From assembly GCA_965287045.1 (NCBI GenBank), contig OZ336878.1, positions 42,966,001-43,030,000 of the forward strand: DNA of 64,000 nt, given 5' to 3'. Origin of the DNA: Carcharhinus amblyrhynchos. Its lineage: Eukaryota. Both the position numbers and the translations under genes were made by a program. Below, piece by piece: positions 34,150-48,216 of the stretch (positions are counted from its first letter, which is position 1; every line of letters begins with the position of its first letter). The notes under the pieces are model-generated. The model ran no database searches. It was not told the DNA's origin and saw only the letters and a program-made list of their open reading frames with translations.

Positions 34150-35915
34150 CATTTATACTCCATTCTGCCTATTTGCATGTTCTGCCTTTCAGGTCTTAAA
34201 CCTCCTCTCTTGTTGAATCCATCCTCACCTACAATGAGCTTATGGTTTTCCTTCCTGCTGAAATTGTGATCATCCACTTTACAGTTTCTTCTGCACTATA
34301 CTTCCCCCAAAGTTCCCCTGTGCTGAGTCTTAAATATGCATCTCTTTCTGTAGTTCCTCTTCTATCACCCCTCATGCACTCTCTAAGCTCATCCACTTGT
34401 GACTTTCACAATGCTATTCCCACAAAACTCCTGACCACTCACATCCCTCTGAGGCCCTTATGTTAGTCGATATTGCTATAGCAAATTGTTCTATCTCCCA
34501 CAGGTACTGTCATCTTCACTCTTTAACCCCCACCTACCCCCTGACCCTCAAAAAAATCTGCCCTTGACTCCTCTGACTTAAGAAACTATCATCAAATCTC
34601 CACTCACTTTTTCCTCCCCAGTGATATTGAATGTATCTTCCAAACTGGTACTCATCTTACATGTAACTCCATGCTTTAACCCCTCTAATCATTTTTCTGC
34701 TCTAAAACTGCATTGAAACAGTTCCATTCAAAGTCATCCATGGCACCGTCTGTATCCTCTGGATTGCTATGATGTACCCCTTCTGTAAACCTCTATGCAG
34801 TTTTGTCACACATCCTTCTACAACACCTTACTGTTTTTAGCTGACTGGGACTGCCATGTGTCTTCTCATTTTTACCTATCCAAGTGCGTCAAAGTAATCT
34901 TTTCCAGTTGTTTCTCTTCTCGTCCCCAGAGTGTTATTTCTGAAAGTTTCCAAAATCAATCCTTAATCCCTTCTATTTCTTATTGACAATCTGCCCCTTG
35001 ACACCAACAGCCTCACGTACCTTATGACATCTAGCTCTAACTCATGGATATCTAAATAAGTTCTTTCTTTGCCTTTGTATTGTCAGACTACTTGCCTATC
35101 ATCCAGTTCTTAATGGGATATAATTTTCCCCAATTAAATACTGGGATGACCAAAACTATTGTATTAATTCCCTGTTAAAAACTGTATTCTCTTGCTACTA
35201 TTTCATTTCCTTCCCAGGCCTCAGTATTAGACTATTTGAAATCATTTTTGACCCTGAACTGAGCTTCCAGCTGAGCTTAACATAACCATATCCTACCATC
35301 ACAAAGACTGCTGACATCCACCTCCATAATATTCCCTGTCTCTACCCCTGCCTTAGCTTATCTGCTGTTGAAAATCTCATCTGTACTTTGTCATCACTAG
35401 ACTCAACTAATCAATATCTTTTCTGTCCTGCCGTCTATTTTCCACATATTTGAAATAATCCAAAATGATGCTGTGCATATCCTAATCTCCGCTAAGTCTT
35501 CCTCACCCTAAGTCCCTATGCTTGCTGACCTGCAATGGTACTCAGTCCATTGATGCCTTGATTTTAAAACGTTCATCCTTGCGTTGAATTCCATCCTTAA
35601 CTCTGCATATTTGTCCAGCCCTGCCACCATCCAAGAGCTCTGCATTTCTCTAACTCTAGTTTCTTGTTTATCCTCCAATCTCTTTGCCCCCCAACATTGC
35701 TGGATGTGCCTTCAGCCATCTGTGGCTTAATTTCTGGAATTACTTTCTTAAGGCTTTACTATTCTCTTGTACTTTAAGATTTATTTTAGAATTATCTCTT
35801 CAGTCAGTCTTTCATCCACCAGCCCTAGTATTTCCTTCTTTAGTTCGGTGTCAACTGTTGTTATATTACACTCCTGTGCAGCAACTTGGGATATTTAACC
35901 TATTAAAGCTAGTAT
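34150..35915 (+). mobile_element. Highly decayed L2-type LINE (reverse transcriptase and 3' end)
   Basis: Fragmented motifs in order: LKK..LDSSDLRNY (about 34547-34590), FDPELSF (about 35246), ITRL (about 35393), QNDAVHIL (about 35462), PMLADLQW (about 35514), AFSH..NFWN (about 35708). Many stops and frameshifts. Confidence 0.7.
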
Positions 35916-37677
35916 ATGAATGTGAGTTCCAATGATCCATTTTTGTCTTTTCCTTTGAGTAAATACATCTCCCACTTTATTTGTTTGATAAGGCATGCTG
36001 ATGGTCTTCAGCATTCCCTAGTCTTTAAAGTGCTATTTTTCCCACAACTAGAACAACTACACAATTCTGGCTTTCTCATTAGCAAATTGCCACTCATTTT
36101 GCAATTTTTGCTTACATGCACTGAGTTTTACTTTCAGTTTGCATATGATTTGACTGTGGGCCCACACCTCAATATCATCTACTGGGATTTGTAGCTTTTC
36201 CCCAAATCTTGTTTGCTGTTCTGCTGCCAATCACCTTTGGATCTCAGTATCATTTTTAGCATAAAGTACCTCCTTTTTGCAGGGTGTGGAACTGGACAAA
36301 ATGATAATCAGCTTACTGTCTCTGAATTTTCTTTCTGTTAGGGTCATATTTCTTTGAGCTATTTTTTCCAGCTATCATATTCATAGCATTCATATGTCCA
36401 TGGGTGAAATTATATGATGTTTTGGAGGATTGTTACAGTGTCATGTCTGGTGTGATATACATTGTAGGTGTTAACATAATATTGTCATATTTGCATAGTA
36501 GATGTTAGCTCTCACAGTGCGAAGTCTCACAGACTGCATTCCATTCACTGATTGTTTTCTGCAGTTGGTATTGAAGCAAAACCATCCATTGTCGATTGTT
36601 TCTGCCAGAATGCAAAGCTTAATTGTATAATTATTTACTTGTGGCTAGTTTATTTTTCTTATATCAAAGATGGTAGCTGTTTTCATTTTTATAAGACACA
36701 AGTATTTCTGCATGTGATTTAAAAGTCACATATTGTATCTTTGTTTTTATATCATATTTTAACATGACTTTATTTATAGCCAAAAAGCAAAAGTTAAAAG
36801 GAGAGAAGTAAAGTTGATTGGAGTATACAGCTTCTGATAAGCTGGAGATGTCAACTGGGGGCACTGGAGTTTCACCACTGGTGGTGGGATGTAATTACAG
36901 TATGGCGTGCTTTCATGGGCAATCTCAATTAAAATGTGGTCGTAGGAATTTATGTAATGGGAAAATATAACGTGAGCCATATGTCAGTGTAGAATTTGAA
37001 TATATTAAATATTGATGGTCTGTGGTTGCACCCAATAAATCAGACAATGTGACCTCACTTAGCTGACTGCTTTACATTGCCTTTTTTGTGTTCTTTTCCC
37101 CGTTTTTCCCTTCTCTGGTTCTGACTATTTTTCTTTTCTTTCCTGCTTTTCTTTGTTTAGCTCTTCATTTTGGTTTTCTCTCTGTCTTTTCCTTTTATTT
37201 GGGATGGGAGATGATGGATAATTTAAAACAGTGCGATAAGGAACAATTCACCAAGAGCTTCTGGCTACATTTAGGGTGTGGGTTGTGGAGGGAAATGCAG
37301 CTCCATTCTCATTTCTTTCTCCATGTTTTCTGTCACTGCTACCACCCCCAGTCACTTGCTCCACTCTTCCTCACTCTCCACAAGGGCAGCTGCCAAATTT
37401 CTAAAGGGCCTCTTTCACCCTCAACAAATTTCTTTCTCCATTTCCACTGCTCATTCTACTCTTCCTTCCTATATGCTTTTCTCAGAGGCTTTGTTTACCT
37501 TCAAAATCCAACAACTTTAAAAAAAATCAAATCTGAATGGGTGAGGGCAGAAACTGCCCACTTTGTTTTTGACTTGGGTCCTTCCCTTTCTATCCATCCC
37601 TCTCTATCCATCCAGCTGTTAAACATTAAAATCTCTGTCTCAAAAGTGCAATTATCACTGACCTCTGTAGAATCATA

Positions 37678-37803
37678 GGGACGAATTTTACCATCCCACC
37701 TGCCATGGGAATCAGAGCAGGCAAGGGGTGGACTGTGGAAAGGCTTAATGACCTGAGGCGGGTTATCTGGTTTTGGGGAGAACGAGGCCAGAAAATCCCA
37801 CCC
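37678..37803. mobile_element. Short MITE-like element with ATA target duplication
   Basis: ata|gggacgaatttt...aaaatcccaccc|ata. Confidence 0.6.
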
Positions 37804-37811
37804 ATAGAGTT

Positions 37812-37962
37812 ATCATAGAACTCCTACAATACAGAAAGACAGTCAGCCCATCAGTCTGCACTGACTCTCCATCAGAGCATCTTACCCAGGCTCACCCTCC
37901 CCACAGTCACCCAAAGTCAGAATTGAACTGGGTATCCTCTGTGCTAATCACTGTGCCACCAC
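37812..37962 (-). mobile_element. Internally deleted HE1-like SINE
   Basis: Tail atcatagaactcctacaatacagaaag joined directly to the head cagtcacccaaagtcagaattgaac...gtgctaatcactgtgccacc. The V-domain is missing. Confidence 0.7.
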
Positions 37963-38197
37963 TGTCAACAACAATGATACAATAGGTAATGAGGAAAACA
38001 CACCTGCACATTTTATTAACTTGCAGGAACCTCATTTGAAGAAAAATGTATTTACGTAGCCCTCCTTACACCATCCCATTCTTTTGTTTCATTTTCTAAA
38101 GTTTAATGGAAAGAAGACTTGCATTATTTTAGGACATCCTAAAGCTCTTCACAGGCAATTAGCACTTCTGAAATGCCATCCCCATTATGATGTACGG

Positions 38198-38328
38198 TAA
38201 GAAGCCTCACAGTACTAGGTTAAATTCCAAAAGGTTGGACTTTAACTTAGTCCAGCTGATTGGACTTTAACCTGGTGTTGTGATACTTCTAACGGTGCCC
38301 ACCCCAGTCCAATGCTGGCATCTCCGCC
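38198..38328. mobile_element. Collapsed Penelope-like inverted-repeat remnant
   Basis: taagaagcctcacagtactaggttaaattccaa...ttggactttaacctggtgttgtgatacttct...accccagtccaatgctggcatctcc; same termini as 59261-59941. Confidence 0.75.
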
Positions 38329-39115
38329 TAATTTTAATGTAAGAATGAAAATCATAGACGCAAAAGGAAAAGCAACAACAGGTTTGCAACTAGATTCCTG
38401 TCATTTTTACCCCTCTCATATGCACACATAGCCTCTCTGTGAATTTTTGCTAAAAGTTTTACTTGAATTTTATCACAGTGAAGCTTTTGATATTTTTCTA
38501 TAGGATTTCTTCAAACAAAGAAATTCTTCAGTATGGCTGGCTGAAGGGTACTCCAGGGAAATTACGTGCACTGCATATGCTCAGACTGCGCAATCCAAAT
38601 TCACCTCACACAGCCACAGCCCTGGGCAAAAATACCAACTGCAGGCCCTGAGTTTTGGAAGAGGCTGAGACCATCAAGTCAAAAGTTTCATCAATGTTTA
38701 ATGAACACAAATGACAACTCAGTGGTATGGTTTGCAAAATATGCATTTAAAATATTTTGGTTTGGTTAAACTCTTACTTTGGGATTAATAATTTCTACTT
38801 TGAGGAAAAAAAACAGTGAAAAGTTATATTTTCATAAAAAAGGTTGAGGGAATTCTTGGACCCGAGGAACTGGATTGAGCAATTAATATGAGGTGATTAG
38901 ATTAGTAATTTACATTATAAATTACTAACCTAATCACCTCACATTAATTATATCATAAATGTAAATACAGGAATATATGAGGGAAATAGTTGTCAGTAAA
39001 TGTGACACAAAAATTGGAAGGCAAAAAGTGATGATAGGAAGTCTGCATAACCTAACAGTTTAAATATATCATTTTCAACCTCTGGTGGCTCTGCTAAAAC
39101 AGGAATTAAGAATGT

Positions 39116-39410
39116 GGGTTGCATGGTGGTTAGCATTGCTGCCTCACAGCACGAGAGACCTGGGTTCAATTCCTGTCTTGGGTCACTGTCTGTGTGGAGT
39201 TTGATGTTTTCCCTGTGTCTGTGAGGGTTTCCTTCGGGTGCCCTGGTTTTCTCCCACAGTCTGAAAGACGTGGTTAAGTGCAATGACCATGCTAAATTCT
39301 CCTTCAGTGTACCTGACCAGCTGCTACAGTGTGCTGACTAGAGGATTTTCACAGTAACTTCATTGCAGTGTTAATGTAAACCTACTTATGACACTAATAA
39401 ATAAACTCAA
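39116..39410 (+). mobile_element. V-SINE with an alternative (non-HE1) 3' tail
   Basis: Head and V-domain as in the other copies, but the tail is gactagaggattttcacagtaacttcattgcagtgttaatgtaaacctacttatgacactaataaataaac. Confidence 0.85.
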
Positions 39411-39756
39411 ACTTAACCTTCAGGTGAAGCAGGGTTAGAGACTGGGGATAATTGGGATTACAGACTGGGGATAATTGTTATTTGATTCTCATTTTGAAGT
39501 AATATATCCTTTCCTGACTTATATATTTCTATGTTGATTTTCTATGTCCACATCTGTAATTGAAAGTGCATACTTTAAGTTATCATGCTCCCACCACAGC
39601 TAACCTTGCTCCACCCTGGGAATTATACCAAAAATAAATTAAAAAAAGCTAGGAAAACAAAAAAAATAGAAAATTATTTTCCAAGCTCTATAAATCCTTG
39701 TCACTGTTAACCCACTTAGCTTTAGACAATGAGGTGTAGTACATTACTGATATATT

Positions 39757-40376
39757 GGGTGGAATTTTGTCTCCCCTGCTGTGAGAGGTATAAAAACGGG
39801 TGGCATGTTTGGGGGCATTATGCTTTTTGCCTACCCACTGTTGCTGGTATTTTAGCAGAGGTTGAGGTACATCAGGTGGTCCAACCACCCTTTGGCTAAT
39901 TGAGCCCCTTAAGTGGTCAGTTAATGGTCAGTTAGTGGTGGGGATGTGTGGGAGGGGAAAAACCATATGGCAAGGCAGAAAGCTGAAATCAGGCAACATT
40001 GTTGTGAGCTGGGGGGCTCCACCTGTTCAGGCACCCTGTGTCCAATGGAGGACCCCCATCCAGTTGGTATTTTACCCTTCTGTGTGTCCCCTCACTCTGC
40101 CCTCCTGTACCCAGGCCTGACTTATCTGGATGCTTAAACCCAGTGATGGTTTTCGTTGGGGCCTGGATGGAATGCTAAGAGTAGCCTCCATTGCTAGAGC
40201 TGGGGCTAGCGAATTTGATTAACCCATTTGATTTGTCAGCAATTCTTGGTTTGGGGCTCCTGCCCAGGTGGGAGTAGAAGTGCGGCCCTGGGCCAATTTA
40301 ACAGTCTGAGGGCCCTGGAATTGGCTTGGGTTTTTATCCTCACATGGGACTACCATATCTGCATAAAATTCCACCC
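39757..40376. mobile_element. MITE-like DNA transposon, 620 bp
   Basis: Perfect 12-bp terminal inverted repeats GGGTGGAATTTT and AAAATTCCACCC; flanks att and ata. Confidence 0.75.
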
Positions 40377-40899
40377 ATAGTAAGAAAATGAATCAACTAA
40401 CCATTCATTTCCTGATGAGAGTCAACAGTATGAACTGAAGAAACTTTCTGTATACAAATCTTGTTAGATGTATAATTGAGAATACATCCAATTCAGTTTT
40501 TCAGGCTTCACAATTGCAAACGTATACCGCTTCAAACAAAATATCAGTAACATTCATGACCTTTTAGCAAGAAACCTTACTCTATCAATATTTTCAAATA
40601 GAATCATGATACATTGAAAGCAAGATACAGAGATTCAAAATTATCAGCGTATATGTATAGAGAAGGAGATTTCAAATCAACATATATTAATTTTAAAAAC
40701 TTAATGTAAGATTCTATTTTCAAATAATACAGGCAATGTCAGGATCTATTGATTTCGGTTTTGACGTCTCTTTAAGGGCGTTTCAGTGCAAATGTCTAAA
40801 TGTAAGACAGGCCTGGATGAGATGATTTTTCATGCTCCATAACAGACTGCAATCAGTTTTATATTAACTACTATCAGAATGCATCTCGATGGCATTTGT

Positions 40900-41410
40900 A
40901 ATGATTATTGTAACTTTACATAAAGAATCAATCTAACCACATTTTGGAAATTGTATGCAACATCAAGTCCTATTTCTTCAAAGAGACTTTGATAAGTGGT
41001 TGAAGGAGATACATAAGCGGAAACAAACTGATTAAACGAGGAATCATAGATTTGGTCCTAAAAGTTGTGAGAGGTATAAAAGGTAGGGGGCACGATCTTA
41101 CCTGCTGTTCCTGCTACGCTCCTGCTGCAGCGAGTTTGGAGAATTTGACTGCTAGTCAAATCTCTGTTCACTGCAGCAGTATGCGAAAATCCCACTGGCA
41201 TGTATGGTGATACATTTCTGGCCAGGATGTAAACATGTTATTCAACTTGAACTGCACAGTAAAACTAAATAAGATTAACACAAAACTTAGATGTTGCAAA
41301 GTTGTAATTTAGAAGCATTTCACTTGTACAGAGTAGTGGATTTGTAGTGTAGAGCTCAATCAAAACTGCTGTAGAAATGCGCTAGATGAATGATAACTAA
41401 ATATTTGTTC
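40900..41410 (+). mobile_element. Very old CR1-like 3' fragment interrupted by a short MITE-like insert (about 41087-41224)
   Basis: taactttacataaag...ccacattttggaaattgtatgcaa...tcctatttc...aagcatttcacttgtacagagtagtggatttgt follows the CR1 C-terminal order. Insert runs ggggcacgatctt...atttctggcc. Confidence 0.45.
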
Positions 41411-41472
41411 AAAAGAAACCTGAAAATCAGAAGGACAGATATAAAGTGTTACAATTATAAGGTTTATAAGAT

Positions 41473-42460
41473 TGTTATGTTTTCTAGTTCTGCCTTTAAA
41501 TTTAAGGAAAAATGAAGAAAGTCATGTGACCTGTTTTGAAGTCAGCTGAACAGTAAGCCTGGGTGGTTCAATTGTCAGAGATCAAAGGAAGTTACAGACT
41601 GTTTGCTGGAAAGATATTTATACTGGTGGCAGTGGTAGCAACCTATGTATTAACAGTGGAGACTGTAAGCCTCCAGAATATCTAAAAATGTTAAGATGTT
41701 AGGTAAATATTCTGCTTTAAACTATCCCATTGATTTCAAAATAAAAGAAAATTGAGTACTCAAAAATAGTTAATTCTCATTTCTACATAGATACAAGGCC
41801 TGAGTGATTCATATTGTAATAGGGAAGGATTTAGAGGAAGCCATTATAAAAATCAGGTTATAATTCTTTCTGGAATATCACTGAACATCACAGACAACTT
41901 TGCCTGGACCTGGGTAGGGGAAGAAGCTAGCAACTAAAATATTTCGATGGTTTGCCATGTAGGAATGTGGGTGGGAGTTTGTGCTCAGATAGGAAAGGTC
42001 AAATTTGTCCTATGTTAAAACTGGACTAAAACAATGGACTGGAGAAAAAAAACTTTGTTGTGAAAGACAGTCCTAAGATTGCTAGTTACCAGGCTGAGAC
42101 GAGAAAAGAACAGGAACAAACCCTTTGGAGCTAAGAATCAATTGGGAGTGAATGTGAGAAATTTGAATGTCTACATAAAGGACAGTGTAAAATATAGCTG
42201 TGAAGCATATTTTCTCAGTTGAGCTAAGAATAAGGAGGTATTCTACTCTCTGGTTTAAAGTACAAATTACCAACAAAGATGTTATTTAGCTTTCAGCCAT
42301 TTGTTTCAGTAAATCATGAAATTTTGTCATGTCATTCTTTCATAAGAAGTTGGAGTTTATTTTTGTAAGTTATTTGTCCCCACAGGAATTGTAGCATGTT
42401 TTAAATTTAGAGAATACACTATTTCCTATACAGTGTGATCTGTAATTCAATGCTGTGACA
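41473..42460. mobile_element. Possible solo LTR (about 1 kb)
   Basis: Begins tgttatg and ends gtgaca, with a purine-rich interior. No clean target duplication. Confidence 0.3.
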
Positions 42461-42679
42461 TTATTGGGATCTTCAAAATATGGACTGTAAATTGGAATTA
42501 ATAAGCAGGATGGTTCAAAATTGTGCATAGTTTTATTGTAGGTGAGCTGTGTTGCTCAGCAGATTGAAATAGTTGAGTGCCTCCATAAAAGTGCAACCAG
42601 TCATTGTGAGGAACTGTATTTGATTTACCTAATGGCTGTTCCCATTCTCTGTTAATGCTTTTGTGTTTCCATACACATA

Positions 42680-44520
42680 AACATAGAATTTTAGATTGTT
42701 TACTGAACAGAAGGAAGCAATTCAGTCTGTCATGTCAGTACAAGCTCTCTGCAAGAGAAATTCAGCTAGTCACACTCCACCACTCATTCCCTGGAGTGCA
42801 GTGACTTCATCTCTTCAAGTAATCATCCAATTCCCTTTTGGGCCATGATTGAATCTGCATCCAGCAACAGCCATGCATTCAAGATGCTAGACCTACGCTG
42901 CATACAAAAGTTTTTCCGCATGTTGCCTATGATGTGTAGGTCATTCATATTAAATCAATGCCAATGTTCTTAACTGTTACACAAATGGAAACAGTTTCTT
43001 TTTATCTGCTCTGTCTCAACGCCTCATAATCTTGGACACCTCTATCAAATATCCTATCAACCTTTCTCTTCTATAGGGACAACAACCTCAGTTTCTCCAA
43101 TCTATTCCTTGGGATCATTCTAATAAATCTTTTCCGCACTCTTGCCTTCAGATTCTCCCTGAAGTGTGATACTCAGAATTGGACAAAATAATTAAGTTGA
43201 AGCAATGTTTAATAAAGGTTCACCATAACATCCTTGTTTTTGCACTGTATGTTACTAGTTATGAAGCACAGGATTCCTTATTAACCAAGTTCTCAACTTG
43301 TCCTGCCACCTTCAATGATTTGTGCATATATCTCTGCTCCTGCATCCTCTTTAGAATTGTATTGTTTATTTTGTTTTGCCTCCCCTCACCCTTTCTATTA
43401 AAAAATATATTTCACATTTCTGTGCATTAAATTTCATCTGCCACGAATTCACCCATTCCACCAGCCTTCCTGTGTCATCTTGAATTCTACCACTGCCTTT
43501 CTCATGGTTCACAATACCCCTCAGGTTTTGTGTCAGCTTCAAACTTCGAAATTGTCCTCTGCATCCTCGGGTGTAGGTCATTAACATAATCAAGTGATTC
43601 CAGTACCCACTGCTGGGAATCCCACCTCCCTCCAGTCCAAAAAACAACCTCTCACCATTTATCTCTGCTTCCTGTCACTCATCAATTTTATATCCATATT
43701 GCTATTATCCATTTTATTCCATGGGCTTTAACATTGTTGACAAGCTTGCTATGTGGCATTTAATCAAATCACTTTTGGAAGTATATTTACATCACATAGC
43801 TGCATTGCCCTCATAAATGCTGTCTGTTACCTCATCAAAAAAAATCAATCAAGTTGATTTGTGTTTGACATATCTGAGATTGGTCTTCCTTAATTAATCC
43901 ATACTTGTCCAAGTACTGGTTAATTTTCTCCTAAAAGCTTTCCCACCACCAAGGTTAAACTGTTTGGGCTTTCAGGTACTGGGCTCATCCACACCCTAAT
44001 TTGAACAAAGGTATAACATTTGTAATTCTGCCATCCCCTGGCATGGCCTCTGTATCTGAGAAGGATTTGAAAATTATGGCTAGTGTCTCTGCAATTTCCA
44101 TCTTTACTTTCTTCGATATCTTCAGAGATATGAATCTCATGTGATCCTGGTGTTTTATCAACTTTGATACAATCACCTTTCAAAAACTTCCTCCTTTTCA
44201 ATTTTTTGTACATCCAGTGCCTCATCTACCTTGTCTTTCTCTATGATTTTGACATATGTTCCTTGGAAAAGGAGGCAGCAAAGTGTTCAGTTATTACCAT
44301 AGCTATATTTTTTGCCTCCTTGTAATAATCCTCCTTTTGGTCTCTAATCAGCTCCATCCCTTCTTTTATAACCCGTCTCACAATTATATACCTGCAGAAG
44401 ACTTATTGATTCTGTTTAATGCTAATTGCTGTTCTCTTCTCATACCCTCTCATTGCTTCTCTTATTTTTTTCACTTTCTCTCTGAACTTCTATATTCAGC
44501 CTAGTTCACCAAGAAATGGA
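42680..44520 (-). mobile_element. CR1-type LINE ORF2 remnant (reverse transcriptase to 3' tail)
   Basis: Fragments IKVDKTPGSHEIH, EIAETLAIIFKSFSDTEAMPGDGRITNVIPLFK, SLTLVVGKLL, IQDDTGRLVEWVNSWQMKFNAQKCE. Frameshifted. Confidence 0.9.
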
Positions 44521-45979
44521 AACCACATTTTAAAAGTTGAATCTCCCGTTGAAAAAGCTCTGGTTTCAATGCTTAATCACTATTTACCTTTTCTCCCCTC
44601 CTAATCTGCTTAATACTGATGGTGCCCCACACTATGGGCATTGACCTTTCTTCTAGTGTTCAAAGCAAGAAAAAACTAACATAATCATTTGTCTATTTCA
44701 ACTGACAATGTAGTACAATAAGAATGGTATATTTATAGTTCAAAATGTTGACAGTGAAATGTCAAAGAAAAGCATATTTTTGACATATTTCAAAGTTGGA
44801 CTTACATATAATTATATTTGGGATTGTTGATCATTACTCTGACAAAGGATTCCTAAATAGGAGGTGATTGAATAGCATAGGAAGGAATGATAGTGAAAGA
44901 ATTGGGAAAATATAACAAGTAGAGAAAACAGACAAAATACATCACAAATTTAAAAGAAAGAGGTAAAAAGAAGCTCCCAAGAAGATTATAAAGATTTGTT
45001 TACTATAAGGATTCACACAGTGCATACCAGTAGAATTAGAATGGGATCTTAGTATTGTACTAGATACAAGAGAAAAGCTTCCGGAAGCCTGAATTTGCAA
45101 AGAAAACAATCAAAGCAGTATGTACACAGGAAACTTGGCAATGAACTGGATGGTGAACCACATACTTTTGCATCATTTAGATGGTTATCACTTGTGGTGA
45201 TATGGTTCTAAGCCTTTAGCACCTGTGTTCAATCCACATCCAACTGAAGTGTGATTAGCAAAGTGCTGCATGTCACGACCTGGGAACAAGAGTGCCTTTT
45301 ACTAATTTGAGCACAAATTCTGTTAATATGATATAGGTTGAAAAACCCAACCAAAATAAGCCTTAATAAAAAAAATTACTGAAACGCACACCTGTTACTC
45401 AGATAGGGACAATGCTTGAGTATAATCTCCCACGACGGTCTGAGAAAAGAGCTTTTCTATACTACTAGGTAATTACAATATCCCATTCTGTAACAGATTG
45501 TTACTGGGCCAGGAATAGCAACCTCCAGAACTAATGAATAAACAACAAATGCTAGCATATCCCCTTTCTGAAATGTTATCGTCCTCTCTAATGGCATGAA
45601 ATATAGGCCTCGCTGTAAGTACAAGGAATAAAATGGAATTAGATTTGTTCAGTACTTCTTCATTTGAATGATATTCAGGTTCTCAAAGGACCAAAATTAA
45701 ATGATATAAAAAGCCTTCTACATGTCTTTGCAATATGCTTGACTTCACCTTTATAAGCATCAAATTCTTTTCATGATATTTTATTTAAGAAGTATTTGTG
45801 TCCTGGGTTTTGTATTGCCTATTGTATCTCTGGAATTTAACTTGGAGTTTATGATTGTCAAAGGCATTTCTGTTTGCAGCAGCTTAGTTAAGTTTAACAA
45901 TTACAATGAGATGAATGAATGTAAAAGGTGAAGGAAAGTTGGGTGTGTTGCAGTTATGGAAATAGCTCACTTATACACA

Positions 45980-46445
45980 AAGAAGGTTCACTTGTTTGAT
46001 TCCTGAGATGAGGGTTTTATCTTTCGAGAAATAGTTGGATAGGTTGGGCCTATATCCATTGGAGTTTAGAAGAATGAGATTATTGAAAAATATAAAATCC
46101 TCTCGGGGGGGGTTGTTGACAGTCAATGCTGAAAGGATGTTTCCTCTTGTGGGTGAGACCAGAAATAGGGAATACAATTTAAAAATAAGGGGTCTCTTAC
46201 TTAAGGTAGCAATGAAGAAAAATGTTTTCTTTCAGAACATGTGGAATTCTCAAAAATATTCAGTGACCCGAGAGGCAGGGTCACAGAATATTTTTGAGGT
46301 AGAGGTACATAGATTCTTGACTAACGTGGGAATCAAAGATTATTGGGGGTAGGCAGGATAATGGTGTTGAAGCCACAATCAGATCATCCAGGAACTTATT
46401 GAATGGAAGACCAGGCTTGAAAGGCCAAATGGCTTATATTCCTAT
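45980..46445 (+). mobile_element. CR1-type LINE 3' end
   Basis: RLGLYPLEFRRMR...ERMFPLVGETRNREYNLKIRG...FEVEVHRFL, then a 3'UTR ending ttcctatgtt. Confidence 0.88.
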
Positions 46446-46821
46446 GTTTTCAATGCTTCAAGGCATATAATTTGTTCATCTACATTATTTGCATCTAGAT
46501 TATTGGTGTATTTGAATACAAATACAAAGGAAATTTTAGGACATTCTGTTTTTCCGCAGTGATCCACTTGTTCTTTTTGGGTTAGTTTCAATGGCTCCCA
46601 ATCAGTCTTAAAATTAAATACAGAAAGAGATAGTGGTGACTGAAAATGAAATGATCAAACAGGTTACACATAAATTTCAAATGGAGCAGTCAAAAATATA
46701 TCTGGTAAATCAATGTAACAAATTCAAGAGTATAAATTAATCTCACAAATTAAAAATAGTATTTGACTTTTCTCTGGTATTATAGTTTACAGGAGCATTA
46801 ATCCAGTTTCCCCAACTTCTG

Positions 46822-47162
46822 GAATCATAGAAACCCCACAGTGCAGAAAGAGGCCATTTGGCTCATCGAGCCTGCACTGACCACAATCCCACCCAGGCCA
46901 TACCCCTATATCCCTACATATTTACCCTCTAATCCCTCTAATTTAGGCATCTCAGGACACTCAGGGGCAATTTTAGCAAGGCCAATCAACCTAACCTGCA
47001 CATCTTTGGACTGTGGGAGGAAACTGGAGCACCTGGAGGAACCCTATGCAGACACGAGGAGAATGTGCAAACTCCACACAGAGAGTGACCCAAGCAAGGA
47101 ATCGAACCCAGGTCCTGGAGCTGTGAAGCAGCAGTGCTAACCACTGTGCTACCGTGCTGCCC
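46822..47162 (-). mobile_element. HE1-like V-SINE, full length
   Basis: Reverse complement gggcagcacggtagcacagtggttagcactgctg...V-domain...ttctatgattc. Confidence 0.93.
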
Positions 47163-47299
47163 AATACCGTGGAATGACTTAGACTTAGAATATTCATCAC
47201 ATAGAATCATATATTTTGATTCAAACAACAATCTCTGTACAGTCATGGGATCAATGATGCATGTTCTAACTTTTCTTCTTGGGAAATTGATTTTTTTTA

Positions 47300-47620
47300 T
47301 TGATTCATGGCAGATGGCCAGCTTTCAATGCACATCCCTAAATTGCCCTTGAGGTAGCAGTTAAGAGTCAACCATATTGCTGTGGATCTGGAGTCAGACA
47401 GACCAGGTAAGGGTGGCAGATTTCCTTCCCTAACGGACATTAGTGAACCTGTTGGGTTTTTACAATAATCAGCAATGGTTTTATGATGATCATTCGATGT
47501 TTCATTCAAAATTTTTTATTGAATTCAAATTTCATCATCTGCAGTGGTCAGATTTGAACCTGAATCGACAGAGCGTTGCCCTGGGTGCCTGGATTACTAG
47601 GTCAGTGAAAATACCACGAT
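47300..47620 (-). mobile_element. tRNA-derived SINE with a MetaSINE-like central domain
   Basis: Reverse complement has ggttcactaatgtccgttagggaaggaaatctgccacccttacctggtctg...gactccagatccacagcaatatggttgactcttaactg, then the tail caagggcaatttagggatg. Family name from recall. Confidence 0.7.
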
Positions 47621-48216
47621 ACAAATGCCTCCCACCTTCATCTTTTACCGTAATATGAGAAGGTAGATGAGATTGATTCTGGGTCACTGCTCCTCTGATT
47701 TCCTTGTAACTCTGCAAGGAAGAACATGACACTGGCCATGATTTCACAGCTAGGATCAGAAACGTAGGGAATTACAGCCATGGAATTGTTTCATACCACT
47801 CCATCGCCCCTGAATTATTTTTCCAATCTTATTTTCTGAATTGTTATGATTAGTTAGGAAGTTGATAATTCATAGACCACAGGATAGTGGCATTGAAATC
47901 AACCTAAAACTTATAATTCGGTTACTAAAGTGGATACAACATATCCAGTGTTTTCTTGCCTTTTGGTATGATGCATAGATACAACAACATGGATGTCCAA
48001 AAACAGCCAGGATTGTCACTTCTGAATTTGCAGCTCAATTTCCAATCAAGCTGGAAGTACCTTCTTCAAAAGCTAAATTTCTCATTCTTAAATTGCTATT
48101 AATAAGACTACCCTGTAATGATCTTGAATCCAAGTTGATTCTAGTACCTGAACTAAAATAAAAAATTTACCGTGAATGCTATCAAGTTATACCAATTGAA
48201 AAGTTATATATGCATG

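Noticed and set aside
37088-37678. 196-aa Phe/Leu-rich ORF
   Set aside because: Product of a pyrimidine-rich tract, with a GTG start and no domain.
39439-39477. 16-bp direct repeat agactggggataattg
   Set aside because: Simple local duplication with two copies only; no array or CRISPR-like structure.
40410-40450. Third hammerhead (CTGATGA gagtcaacagtatgaact gaagaaac)
   Set aside because: Stem II is imperfect, GAAA is misplaced and there is no convincing stem I. At most a decayed relic.
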